NCBI GenBank assembly: GCA_000320545.1
Contig: ADNK01000631.1
Location: 62,717-126,716 of the forward strand
Direction of reading: 5' to 3'
Length of the DNA stretch: 64,000 nt
Source of the DNA: Bigelowiella natans CCMP2755
Lineage: Eukaryota; Protista; Cercozoa
The position numbers and the translations under genes are program-made. Each line of letters opens with the position of its first letter. The stretch's first letter is position 1. This document shows, piece by piece, positions 27,390 through 40,584 of this stretch. The notes beneath the pieces were generated by a model. The model was given only the letters and a program-made list of their open reading frames with translations. It was not told where the DNA came from and ran no database searches.

Positions 27390-27636
27390 CTCAAGCTGGT
27401 AACTTCTTGATATTAGCTTCTGCTAGCTTCTGCATGCATTCTGTCTCTCTCTCTCTCTTCTTCCTGCTTTTGTGCCTCTTCTCCTACTGTTCCTCTGGAG
27501 ATAGTGAGAACAACCGTAAGCTATAGGAAACGAAAATCAATTGCTGCTGCTGCGGTTGAAGTATGTAATATTGCGAGTACGAAGTACTCGATGACAGCTC
27601 ATTTGACTCGATAAATCACAGGGTTGCATCGAGCAC

Positions 27637-27680
<44 letters not shown>

Positions 27681-29450
27681 TTCACGTATAATTGCATTAA
27701 AACTTCTTCACTCACTCCCACTTTGCTGTCCTGGCTACATACTATAATTATTTCCGTAGAACGTCTTCTTTTTCTTTTTCTCACATTATCAATATCATCA
27801 TCATCATCATCATCATCATCATCTCCTTCATCTCCTTCCTCATCATCAACTGTAACAAGATCAATTCTACTTTACCTAATCCACAGACAGGACTACTGTT
27901 CAAACTACCACCAGCAACAATAAAAACAACAACAACAACAATAACCACCTTTCCGGGCTTTTTCTTTCGTCGCTACCCTCGGTGATGTGCTGCTATTGGT
28001 GGTATTTTCCATTAAGGTTGTATTTGCAGGAGCAGCAGTAGTAGTACCGCCGTCCTCATCCATAATCAACTTATCATCGTCGCCTTTACTACCTCCTTTC
28101 TGTCCACTACTTTCTTCGCCTCCTGGCCCCCGTCTATTTGGGTTTTGATTTTTCTTTCCCCCCATTGCTCCCATCATCATTACCATTGGTATTGAGGATG
28201 CTGTTGTATTGTTCTTCTTCGTCCGTTTGCTTGTTGTTTTTGGTTTCTCTATTAGACTAGATACCATCATCTCCTTCCTATCGTTACTAAACATACTCCT
28301 GCTACTACTTCTACTACTACTAATACTGGTGGCAGTGTTAGTAACGGTAAGGATAGTAGTGCTATTGGTAGCGTTGCTGCTACTACTGCTATGCTGCTCG
28401 TTTGGTTTCATTTCAACGTCTACGACGACAGCAGGGGTAGTAGAAGAAAAAGAACAAGTTGCGATGTACTTTCGTCGTTTGGTAGTCCCTACTGTTCTTC
28501 TGATAACCCCCCCCCTTCTTTTCCTTTCACTCGCAACCTGCCTGTGTGATGACGATGCCATATTCGTTGCAACACTGTTTACAACGGATTTGAGGATAAT
28601 AACATCGTCATTATTCTCCCTCTTCTCACTATTGTTGTCGAAATCGTCGCCCTCGTCGTCTAGAATCGTTATTTCACGAGAAGCTTTCTCATAGATAGTA
28701 CTTCTCTCTACACGCACTCCTCTCCTCTCCCCTTCTCCATCTGCTGCGGATAATCCTGCCTTATCATTCACATCATTGCACTTCTCATTAATTGACGCCT
28801 TCTTGCTGTCGTTATTTGTTACTTCCACACTGGCATCAGCAGCAGCATTGCCGTCATCATTATCATTATCATCATTCTCACTCGCATCATAATCGTCGTC
28901 GTCATAGAGACAACAACCTGTTGTAGTATTGCTGCTGCTGCTGCTACCCATTTTTGATACTTGTGAGGGCTGATCAACATCAGTATTACTTTTATCGTCA
29001 TTTCCAACTTTTTTAGTTGTAATTCTATGATTTTCTTTTGTTTCCGTTGTGCTTTTGACATCCATTTTCTTCCTCCTATCATTATCATCATCGTCACCAT
29101 CATCTACAACAGAGCGCCATTCTTCTCCTTCCTCTTCTAAGGCTCTCAAACAGTTGGGAAAGAAGGCCACTTTACGACGACGACCATCCTCACTCACACT
29201 CTCAAACTGGACTTTGAGACGCCTATTAGTCAGCATAGAACGTGACAATGGCTTCATATGATGATACTGATGATGATTACGATGATGACTATTATTATAA
29301 AACAGTGTTATATCGTCTTGGTGATGGCATTGTCGATTCTTCTTGATGGCAACGACATTAGAGTCTAGTATGAGGCAAAGATGGTGTCTTTCACTTATGA
29401 TGTTTGCTCGCATCTACCTCTCAATGCACTTGAATGTGTTGTTGTATGTG

Positions 29451-29487
<37 letters not shown>

Positions 29488-29905
29488 GTCTGTCTACACA
29501 CATAGTGAAGGGTATGTCATCATCTTTATGTAGTACGTACTTCTTAAATGCAAAAATAACGAATGACAGATAAGCAGCCGTCATAATCTCAAACCACCGA
29601 CCCTGATCTGCTCCACTGCAGCACTCTTCCGATCTTGCCCTCGTTTTTGTCACTATGGATGACAATTACGCGCTTTCCAATCAGCTTTATTTCCTCCTCT
29701 AGGGTCATATCTTCTCGCTCCTGAGATGATCGAATGTACGGCAAAAGCGACGGCGCTGGTGGCAAAGCAGCATCTGAGCATGTCGCGAAGGAGGGGGAGG
29801 GGGGGCTCCTATTCTTCTGCTTGCGAGGCAACGAGATGATCGGCGAGACTCTATGTGCCTTTATAAAGGCAAATGGAAAGATGATGCCCATTGGAAATGG
29901 TGAGA

Positions 29906-29945
<40 letters not shown>

Positions 29946-31586
29946 AAATCTCATATGATCGCTCTCCTCTCTTCTCTCTCCCCCCTCTGGAGTATTTACC
30001 GCTGACTAGTCTTACACCCTCCTCTCCCCTATCCCTTTCTTCAGTACATCATGAACTGGCAGTAGGTATGCATCAGAATACCAGACTGCTCTATATGTTT
30101 TATCATGATTATTGTTGTTATTGTTGTTGTTGTTGTCGTTGTTGAATTTTCACGGCATCGGTTTATTCTAATTCTTCTTCTTGTCACGATCTCTCTGCTA
30201 CGAATCGCTCCACCGTCAAAAACAGTATCATGAGCATTACCATCGGAACGGTTCTCTTCCCAAGCAAGATATTTCTTAGGCACTCTACACTTGTAGTTCC
30301 CCCTTAAATGGTAGTGGGGGCACGGTATGAATGACGAACAAATGAAAAGGAAAGGGGGGTTGAGTTGTGGACAGGTAGATAGAGGGTACTGCTGCTGCTG
30401 CTGCTGCTGCTACTGGCTTTACATTCTTAGAAAATACCATCTTTGGGCGTGTGCCTAGAGCAGAAAAATGTCCACCCCATTTCTGGCCAGCTGTGTTAGG
30501 AAGAGGAGGAGGAGGAGGAGGAGGAGGAGGAGGAGGTGGTGGCAGGTGGTGGCAGGTGATGGGAGTGAGGCGAAGCAAAGAGAAAAGAGACGGGAAAGAG
30601 CTTACAAACTCTCAGAAATTCTATGCAAAAACGGGTTCCGTATTGCTTCTTGTCACACGTTGAAGAGAAGAAGAAGGAGAGAAAAAGAAGAGGAAGAAAG
30701 AAGCGTGTGTAGACAGAACATTTGTTGCGTCTCTTTGTAAATGCAGTGAATGAACTCGTAGTAGATCCGCATATCAGGTAGCTAGGAAAGAATAAATCAT
30801 CAAATCAATGAATCATGAATGAATGCACGATGACTACGTATTTCGCTGTCATCATTATCACCGTATTTTCGTCACTATTTTTTTTAAATCAGTATTATTA
30901 TAATTATCTTCATTCTTTCTTCTTGTTTTTAGTCAATCACGTGTGGTCTGCGGCGCAGTTCCCCTTGACAGCACAGGCGATATGAAAGCTCTTCCTGCAT
31001 GCGTCATTGCCACAACCGTATCTACGCAAGTAGCCGCAGCAGTAATAAAATAGACGACGTACGAAAAGATCAGTAACCAGCAACAAGAATAAATAATAAA
31101 AACAATCGAAGAGTTAGAACTAAGAGCCATAATACGACATTGGAGGATCAGAAATCAGTCACTTAATCATCATCGTGATTATCTTCATCATCATCGATGT
31201 TGATGGTTGTTCTGGTGTTGTCCTTTCCTATTTTTATGACTTCCGGCTGCGAAAATACCTTGCATCTCCCTCTCTTACCCCTCCCCCCACTCCCTCTCTC
31301 TTTCCCTCTCACGCTCCCCCATCTCGTTTTGTCTTCTGTGAGGTGCGCATGTATAGTTACGTTGCTCCTTTCTTCCTGCACACATTGCAGCTAAGCTTCC
31401 TTCCTCGGTTGACCTCCTTCATGATAGTCTTGTGGAGCTTCGTGGGCAACATGCCCTGCCGCTCGTACTTGGACACTTGGTCGAAGACTGTGTGGATGAT
31501 CGGTTCATGATTGCAGGTATATGATGATGATGATTTAACATGACCGTGATGGTAATGATGATGATAAAAGTGAGGTTTCACATTGT

Positions 31587-31620
<34 letters not shown>

Positions 31621-32649
31621 AACACACAAACACACATACACATACACATATACAAACTCAAAACAACGCATGTGCTCGCACTAGCACAGGTAGAAGAAGT
31701 GGGGAGGGAGAGGTGGAAGAAGTGAAGATATATGTAGTAATATCAACAGCATCGATCGGGGGCTGACACACATGTATGTGTGCAAGTATGGATGGATGGA
31801 TGGATGGATGGTGATCTGATAACCTAGTACATTTGGACTAAAACGTGCGCACAGCTCGTGAACTGTGAACTTGCCATCAACAAGACACAACTTCCCCACC
31901 TGGATGGGTGGTAGAAAGACAGACAGACAGTAGATAGAATATGTAAAGGAAGATGATTGATGATTGGAGGGGCTATCAGTCCCTGATGACGATACGTTCT
32001 CATTGCATTGTGTCTTTTATAACCCATCATATTTCTACAATTTCCGAAACAATTTGGGAGATCTATGTGCACCTTTTCCGTGGCCTCATCGCCTTGGCGA
32101 CAAAAGGCACAAGCTGAATAGAAGAGCAGCAGTATATATCCAAGTAGCAGCAGGTCAGAGCAACACACATAGCACATTAACTCACTCGCTCGCCACTGCT
32201 CTATGGCTGCTGGTGTTGGCTCTACCGTTGAATTTTCTGTTCTTCTTCCTCTTCTTCTTCGATCCACCACGAGGATTTGATGCAGTTTTAACCATATTTC
32301 CCCCCTCACCAGTCTTTTCATTAACATCTAAACCTTCCATCCCATGCAACCTGCTCTCAGCATCAGTGTTCTTCTCGTGAGGCAAGTCGACAGAATGTAA
32401 GCTTCGACCAACCCCATAATCCTTTCTTACTAATTTTGCTGAACAATCATTGATGTTCTCTTCATTTGTCCGACATTCCGATTTCGTTTGCTTCTCTTTT
32501 TTATGGTGTTTTTTATTGAGATTATTATCTTCTTTGACCAGATTGACCTCCGTTGTCTTCCCTTCACTTAATTCAATAGCACCTTTTATGGCATCTTCCA
32601 TTTCCCCTCGAAAATTGTCCGCCTTCATCAGGTCTATGATAACCTTCAT
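27390..32649 (-). CDS. Extended PHD (zf-HC5HC2H-like) protein with long low-complexity tail; both ends approximate
   Basis: Exons CAFCRQGDEATEK|VGKLCLVDGKFTVHELCARFSPN|...KEVNRGRKLSCNVCRKKGAT|YGCGNDACRKSFHIACAVKGNC. Downstream exons include IGKRVIVIHSDKNEGKIGRV and the 27905-29413 ORF. That all exons form one gene is an inference. Confidence 0.7.
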
Positions 32650-33280
32650 ACGATTGCAATTTACTCAGAAAGTGAAAGTGCGGCGACACATTGGCAGCGC
32701 TCAAGTTAGATTAGTCGCTAGTTCGCTTCGAAGCTCCAGCCTTTTAGACCAAAAGCTTCAATTTACCGACTTCTTCTTCTTGCTCCCTGTGAGGGAAGTA
32801 TGCGAGCGAAAATCGGTAGAATCTGTAGCACTCAGCTCACGCCCTTGACCATTGCCCGTGCTCGAGCAACACCGGGTCGCAACGTCAGTTGTCGCTCATA
32901 AAGGCGACTCGTATTTCCTTACTTTTAGACCCAGAGTAGTAGTTCGGATCTAGTGTCTGCCTCAAACGCATCCCATTTCCTCTATTCCGAAGGTAAAAAA
33001 TGGAAAATTTAATATTTTCGGCGATGCTTTTTTCTCCAATATCGTGCGAGGGGCCCAATCTTGGAAATGGATGAGGAAAAATCGAAATTGTGTTGTCGCA
33101 GAAGTAAAATGCAGGGGTAATCCACAACTCTGCCATGTCGTAACCAACGGCTTTGGGCAAATGGCGGCGAGATGAGATGCCTCAGAGCCTCCTTCTACCC
33201 AGCTCGGGGACTTTCGCATGACATACTCCTGTGTGTTCGCCTTAGTCGCCTTCGTAAAAGTTTCTAACAATATCGACCAT

Positions 33281-34091
33281 ATGGAAAAAAGAGACCGCAC
33301 GCCAGAATGTCAGAGACTATCGATCCCATGCTTCACGAAGAACAGGCCATTCTCGTGTAATTTTTGTCAACTTCGGTTCACTCAGACCGGCTCGTTGAAT
33401 AGGGTATGGAAAATTTGCAGATGATTATTTTCAGGTAAGAATGCTTTTTTGTTAATCATCGTTGTTTCACCAGCACATGAAGCTCCACCTTGGATACAGG
33501 GATCACTCGTGTAAACTGTGCATGCGAAGGGTAAACAAAAAATGAGAATATTCTTTCAAGAAGTTTGATACTTAAGATATCTTCTAAAATCACAGTTCAC
33601 AACTATGTGGAACCTGAAGCAGCATCAATTGAGAGTACACAATAGGACCGTCCCAGCGGTGCGTAGTTCATCCCCTCGAATCCGTGTGCGATATCTGAGA
33701 CTATTCATTTCATCACCAGCTAAAATGCGAGAAATGCAGCCGGAATTTTCGGTTCAAAAATGATCTCGTAGAGCATACAAGGACACACACAAAAGAGCGT
33801 CCATTCAATTGCAAGGTTATATGTAAATATATATATGTAAATACATATATTCGAACAGATTTTCAAGCGGAACCTCATAATTTCTTTAGGTTTGTGGACG
33901 CAACTTTCGACAGAAATCTCATCTTTGGACCCATATATCGACGGTAACGATGAGTAGAAAATATGGCTAGGATAGATATTGATTTTCCTATTTTACAGGT
34001 CCATTCAACGTTTCGTTGTAGTAACTGCACACAATACATCCAGCAGAAAGATAGGCGTGGATTTTTTACCCACAGTGCGATGTGTGGTTAG
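33281..34091 (+). CDS. Small multi-C2H2 zinc-finger protein, 6 exons (mostly missed by the ORF track)
   Basis: RPFSCNFCQLRFTQTGSLNR|HMKLHLGYRDHSCKLCMRR|FTTMWNLKQHQLRVH...|LKCEKCSRNFRFKNDLVEHTRTHTKERPFNCK|VCGRNFRQKSHLWTHIST|VH...AMCG*. Four canonical fingers, including a TKERPF linker. Confidence 0.92.
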
Positions 34092-34733
34092 GGATAGCGC
34101 AACGTGGCATCACCTTGCTAAACGTGTATGTAGACAGAAATTACGTGACGCTTAACCGTCCTAGCTAGCTAGCGTCGCTAGAAGGAACTGGATTGCAGCA
34201 TTGCCCCTAATCAGTCAGAATGCACATGTGTAGGTGTATTTCAGTGGGATCAAATGTCATGTACTAGTGTATGGCGTTGCATGACGAGTCTCCTCATCAG
34301 GAGTGTTCAACAGGGTGCGAGTGTGCATTAAATCCATGGATTCAAATGACAAAAATTTGCTCTGTTGGACAGGACTTTGCATCCAGTGCGTTTATTACGC
34401 CCTAGCGCCTGCTAGACTGCATGCGAAACTTTCATTTGATTTCTGCGTCTCGCACGCTTAGGCAGTATGTATGTGTCTTGGCATGGCTTCGTGTTCATAG
34501 CACTATAGATTCTATTGGCCACTATGTGTATAGAAACCTCAACGCTACTACAATTAATGAGTTTCGCGTGAAAGTGGAGCATGCAGGATGTCGGTTCTCA
34601 CACAACGCGCGCTGTCAATAAATGATGGCTGCACTTAGCGTCCTTATCATACTACCATCCCGTCGTCAATCGCTAAAAGTTTCTAATTTGCTGAGCTAAT
34701 ATTTCCCACGGATCAAGTTTACTATTGCTGCAA

Positions 34734-35937
34734 TCAATAATGAGAAAATGTTTCTCCAGAATGTTCATTTGAAGATACTGAGAAGTAGTCGTCGTCGCCA
34801 CTATTTATCATCGTTGGTATGCTCACAGGATTCTCAGAATCTGCAATTGCTTTTAACTCTAAGCATTTTAAAAACAGAAAAATTGCACTGATAACAATGA
34901 TTTGTACATAGGTTGCAGATTGGATGTTCTCAGTAAAATCTTGAAAATACTCTTGCATATATTCCTGTTTTAAACCGATAAAAATATTTGCAAACGCCAG
35001 TATCTGTACCCCATACCCAAACTTCGTGTGGAGAAATTTCCAAACAGCTCTGCACAACCCTTCAGGTTCCGCTGCTGGGCGTGACACTGCGAAGATAGCT
35101 ACGACACCAGCAATTATCATTACGGCTAGGCCTATGATTGAGTGGTTGTCATCCCAATGCGTTTCTCTTCCATTTTTTTTGGCGATGACGATCATAGTAA
35201 ATCCTATGGTGGAAAGTACAACTCCAAGTGTTTGAGAAAACCTATGCAAGTAGAACCACCTCGTCCGCTTCGCAAATCGTGCTCTGTAAATCGATGCAAG
35301 TATTCCCAACGGCATTATAAAACCCCAAGAAAACGTCATGAGAATAGCATGCGCTTTAACTGAAGATTCCTGTAGATCACCCCCAAAATCAACCGTGTTG
35401 GCAACTCCTTCAAGTAGTTTAACTTTAAAGACTGCTTGTCCCTTATGAATCTTCCAAAGATTCCCATTCGGTCCATAAGCGACTATGATATCTACTATGT
35501 ACCCGATACCCTGTAGAGATCGATTAAATACCAGGTCTGTTTGGCAAGCATTCGTGCTGGGGTCTCTAATTTGAAAGTACTGCATAGTATTGTATTTTGG
35601 ATCCTTCATAGAAACGATCGAGTCAAGAGATCTTCCTTCAAGCTTGTAAGTGAGTACGTTGCTAACATCATTTCTAGCAATTACAGCGATACTGTTTACC
35701 ATCTGGGTCCCAAATCCTAAGCCAATCCATGAATTAGTTTTGGCCGCAAGACGGAAAGTGGCTGATCCTTGGCCGTGATTGTCCACTTTCCACGATAAAC
35801 TCAAAAATTCCTCGCCAACTTTTATCTCTTTGGTGCAGAACTGGGTGCAACAAGAACATATCACATGAGGAGGCGGCGGTAACCCTGTAGGAATCATTTG
35901 ATAGTATGTTTTAAATTACCACACCACATACACATGC

Positions 35938-35976
<39 letters not shown>

Positions 35977-36290
35977 CTTCAATTTCAAACCATTATGCAA
36001 CATAAATACAAATAAACATCAATTTCTAAAGGAATAGATAGCAGGGTAGGCGCTAATTATCTAACATAGAACATAGATCAGATTCTCAGAAAAAAAATAT
36101 TGTGACAATGGAGAATCGTATGCATGATGTGCATGGGTGTGCATGTATAGATTGCAAACTGAGCAATACTAACAGAGTTTATGTTTCAGTAACTGCCAAA
36201 AAAAAACCAGTCATTACCATCGTTACCATTGGATTTCACTAGAAGAGAACTGCTTAATAACAACAGAATTAGCGCATAGACCTCCTCCAT
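34734..36290 (-). CDS. DOMON plus cytochrome b561 membrane protein (CYBDOM), 2 exons
   Basis: Signal peptide exon MEEVYALILLLLSSSLL. DOMON motif WIGLGFGTQMVNSIAVI. b561 heme His motifs KAHAILM, WFYLHRFSQ, NHSIIG, WKFLHTKFG. Confidence 0.92.
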
Positions 36291-36444
36291 GCTTTTAGAG
36301 TGATAGAGAAAAAACGCGGCACAGGATTTACAAAACCATGGCGATTTGGCTCTACGTCTACGCATTTAAGGTTTCACTTCATAAAAAGGCATTAATTGGA
36401 AAATTTGTGCTGTCGCTAACATTTATTCGCATGAGTTTCATTCA

Positions 36445-37335
36445 TTCAGCCACATCCATCGCATCAAAAAAGTCATCAAAAATCACAATGGACTTCCACG
36501 CCGCTCTCGGAATTATATCCCCGTGCCTACAGGCTATCACTCTCATCTTCATCATCGCATGCTTCTCGGGTACTCCATCTACTCTTCTCCGAAAACAAAT
36601 CGAACTTTAGTGTGGTGTTCGTCGCATTTTAGGAATATTCGGTGATGTTTCATACTCGTATGGTTCTCGCAAGGAAGGCGATTGCACCCTGATGAACAGC
36701 TTTGGTCTTTTAGGTCTCAGGGTAAGCAATATTAATATTATCCAACAAATAGGCTTAAAATTGTTCAATTATGCTAGGTTACGAATAGTAGCAACAATGG
36801 AATTTGGACAGTAGTTAGATATGATTCACATGGGTACGGTTAATAGTTATTATTAGATCCAAATGGTGTCAAGGCTTCAATAGTTGTCCGACAGGTGTAG
36901 CGATTTCTTTGGGGCCTGTAACAAATGCAATACATCCGGAAAAGCTGTACTTTCGTAATGATTTTCTCTTAAAAATATGTACGTGTTCTAACAGAGTATT
37001 CATTACAAGGTTTCTGATATTAGCTTTCCTCGGAAACATCACTGTTCTTGGGCTCTTTGTATGGATCTTGATAATTGTAGATCTAAGATGAAAACTTCAT
37101 AATTTTTTATTTTATGTGACGTAGAGTGCTAAGCGGCTAGGATTAGATGTTGAGGGTCATGGATGTTATTGCAGTCAAACTGGAATATCGATGGTACTTG
37201 CTGTAAAGTGTTAGTCGAATGGGTTAATTTTATAATTCCACCTTGACGTCGTTCAATATGATAGGTTCTTGGAATAATGGCCCTTTTTCTATTTTTCGCA
37301 TGGACAGCTTGGGCTGGTGGATGCGACCATTTCAT
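36445..37335 (-). CDS. Possible small spliced hypothetical gene
   Basis: Several short AG..GT-bounded open segments and a plausible last exon (...IPRAAWKSIVIFDDFFDAMDVAE*). They could not be joined into one consistent model. Confidence 0.25.
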
Positions 37336-37940
37336 CGAGGTTAGGTTATTTTGTAGAAAATTTGCCGAAAATCTGAGTTAATCATCAATAATCATTTAGG
37401 AAGAAATAAAAAACACCAAGCTTGAAGCTGGTAGGATTTTGCTATCAAATTATGCTTTTATGCGTTCGCATTTTTATCTATTAAAATATAATTAGGATGG
37501 GCATTGCTGTTTCTTTCTTCCATCTTCGCGTGCATTTCGGGTGGGATCGAGATTGGCAAAAGCTTAAATGTGATAAGAGATGTTCAGTATGGGGGCCATG
37601 AACAATTACAACACAACGATGAAAATGGGGGTGATCATTCACTTCCAGGTAGCAGCATGTAAGAGTTAGGTTGTCATTTTTTTCTCTGTTAACGCCATCT
37701 GAGACACGAGCTGAGTATCACTTACATCGCTGCCTCATTGACACTCCTAGAGTGTTAGAGTTTCGGGAATGAAAACATCTTCCAATGTAATAGAAGATGG
37801 GTGAAGCGCCATGCGCATGAAACCTTGCCTGTTCAGTTTGAGGCCTTGCCTGCTCATGAAGTTGCATGCATTGCATGGTGCACGCGGCAGCATGAAAGAA
37901 TGCATTCAGATTTTGAACGAAGCAACAATTTATTATTTTT

Positions 37941-38900
37941 TCATCATCTTGGGTCAACTGTGCTAGTGTGGTGAACATGGCTGCACCCATCGACCATTCC
38001 ATGATGGACATGTCTATCATTTCTCCAACATCTGGCAATGTTCGCACACTTTTGCCTTGCAATTTGTGCACGCTTGATTCTAGGATTCACCATCAACAGG
38101 GTCATGATCCCTCATCGCGTGTGTGTCCCCTAGTCCAAGCCTCCTTGTTCATTGCCAGATTGTCCCACTTCGTTTCTGTCTTTGCACATCATGAAGGTGG
38201 CACCCAGTCTAGCAGTGTCGAGGAGATCCCCAAGTGCCTTTTCTCACAGGATTTGCTAGGTTTGCCATCGCTCATGGTTTTCCTGTTCCTGATTTTCACG
38301 TTCCTCCACTTGCAGTCTGTGTGCGTCAATCAACATTGAACATTGAACATTGAATGAAGCATTGATGCAAATCTGCATGCGCAGAAACCATGCACATGGG
38401 AAACAAGCATTTGCACAGCAACAAAAACAAGCTTGAGGACTGCAATGTCAGCACCCTGCTGTCAGTCTAGCAGTGGTGAGAATTGAGAATTGCAACTAGC
38501 CAATGCCCTGCAGTGGCTAACTGAAGCTGAAGACAATTCAATTGGGACTAGGTGATGTTGGAAACCTGTCAATTGTTGGTGCAGCCAGAGTGTGTCTCGT
38601 GTTCCGCAGCTGAAACTGGACATTGAAACACAAACTGGGCAAAGTCGATCGGATCCACGAACAGTGAACAGTCAAGATGAGCAGCAGGGAATGAAGCTAA
38701 GAGCATTGAGACGGGGGAGTGTCATCAGATTGGCGTGCAGCAGCAAAATCATCCAGAACATCGACAGCAGTTCGACGGAATGGCGAAGGCACACCAGATC
38801 AACGAAACAATGAAACAATGATGAAAAACTACATTTCCTAAGTGTCAACAACGGGTGCCAAAAGTTGCGAACCGAACTGACGGTGCTCCTGGAAAAAACA
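37941..38900. other. TpA-depleted, CTAG-retaining patch
   Basis: Manual count: 13 TA in 960 bp, of which 8 CTAG and 5 CTAH, none in DTAH. Confidence 0.9.
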
Positions 38901-39097
38901 GGGAAACATTGGACATATTTGGGAAGAAAGTGCATGCATTTTTCATGAATGTAATTGAGCCAATTTCATCTGAGAAATCAAACCCATTTGAGTCTTGCGA
39001 CAAAAACAGAAAGGAGATTTAGTAGTGAATTCCGGGTAAGCTTAGTTCTGGTTCTGCAGCCTCTTCTGGTGCCGATGAGAAAGAGGAGGCAGAACAA

Positions 39098-40584
39098 ATG
39101 ACTTCTAACGAGCAGGCAGCACCTTCCACCGCGATGGTGGACCGCAGAAAGAAACGGAGACGAGAACGCGACAAGCGCCTCGTGGACATGGCGTGTTTTC
39201 TTAGGCCAAAACCTATTGAAGGGGTTGCAATGAAGGCCGAAGCTGTTTCCTCTTCGATCCCTCCAAAGATTAGCAGCAGCCTCAGCAAAAATACAGCATT
39301 GGTTGCACCAACCGGTGCAAAAAGAAAGAGGGTGGAGATGTTAGCACCATGCGATGGCGACATGGCAAAGGGTGGCCTAGAGATGGCGGAGGGCTTGAGT
39401 CAAAAACTTTTGGAGCAAGGTTACAAACCTGTAATTAAGTACATGAGTAAAGACCGTAAAAGCTGGATTCTTCATTGTCCTGGCTGGGAGAAGCTTCCCA
39501 AGGATAAATTTCAGGTGAAAATATGCAATTTAAGAAATTTTAACCAGCAATAAAGCGGTATTCCCAGGTTCTATGGGACTCGCATCCTCCAGACTTCAAT
39601 GAGATCATGATGCATGGGCGACGGGTGAAAATCCCACGGTGACGTCACTCATAATTATTTGCCTCAAAGCAAGCAATCGCGACTAACGATCTTCGGTATT
39701 ATGTATTGTCATACAGGTGGCAACAGGCTTATGGTCAATCCTACAGTTTCTCTGGCACAACGGCAATCGCCAATCCCAACCCACCAAAGGTTTGCTGAGT
39801 ATTGCGCTGATTTTCACGAGACGCCCGCTTATGAGACGATTTATGAATTCTGATTTAGATAGTTGAAGGTCTTATGGAACGCCTAAACAACCTTATCACG
39901 TGTTTTTCTTACCGAATGGCACTGGTGAATTGGTATGCACCGGAGCATTATCTCGGACCGCATCATGACGACATGAAGCAACTCAGGACAGGCTCTCCTA
40001 TTGTAAGCATATCATGGGGCCAGGTGCTGCACGCTACTGCTGCTGTGGAGAAAGATGGCATGAAATCGTATATATCAAAGAACTGTTTCTTAGTGTCAAA
40101 CGAGTTGTTGCCTCATCCATCAGACTCGGACGTTCCGAATCAAATGGGATAAGAAAAGGCCTTGTCCAGGCGCGACTGATACGAGGTTGGTAAGCGAAGG
40201 GGGTTGTAGTCTCATCATAGAAATGAGCACATATGTATTTCTACATAACATCAGTCTCGAATTGAGGTCCGGGGACTTACTCTTGATGAGCTGGTTATTC
40301 GTGCCATTGCTATTGTAGTTGTGCCCCTTGAGAAGTTTACTGTGCTTTACCAGGGATCTTAATAGGACGCACAAGCACGAAGTTGCCAAGATACCAAAAC
40401 GGTGATTAAACTTGCAAAGAGAAGTTAGCCAAAAGGCATAAATTTTAACAAGGTTTTTATTCAATGATGGACATTCAGCCAACGATTTTCTGCGGGTGGA
40501 CGGATAAATGTTACATTAAGAAGTTTTAAGACGAAGTCGTCAAATCGTAAGTTAGTTTTAAACAAAATTGCTTCTACAACCTGA
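39098..40584 (+). CDS. AlkB-family 2OG-Fe(II) dioxygenase (ALKBH2/3-like)
   Basis: GRRVKIPR|WQQAYGQSYSFSG...ALVNWYAPEHYLGPHHDD...IVSISWGQ|TRTFRI...LRSGDLLLM...THKHEVAK...GRINVTLRSF carries HxD...H and RxNxTxR. Confidence 0.9.

Noticed and set aside
24991-28694. Long antisense ORFs (e.g. 24991-25578 and 28209-28694)
   Set aside because: They are shadows of the low-complexity coding exons of WBP11 and the PHD gene.
19745-40584. Two 2OG-Fe(II) oxygenase genes each adjoining a TA-depleted patch, as candidate causal enzymes
   Set aside because: Both look like ordinary OGFOD3-like and ALKBH2/3-like genes. The other two patches have no such neighbour, and linkage in a eukaryote implies little.
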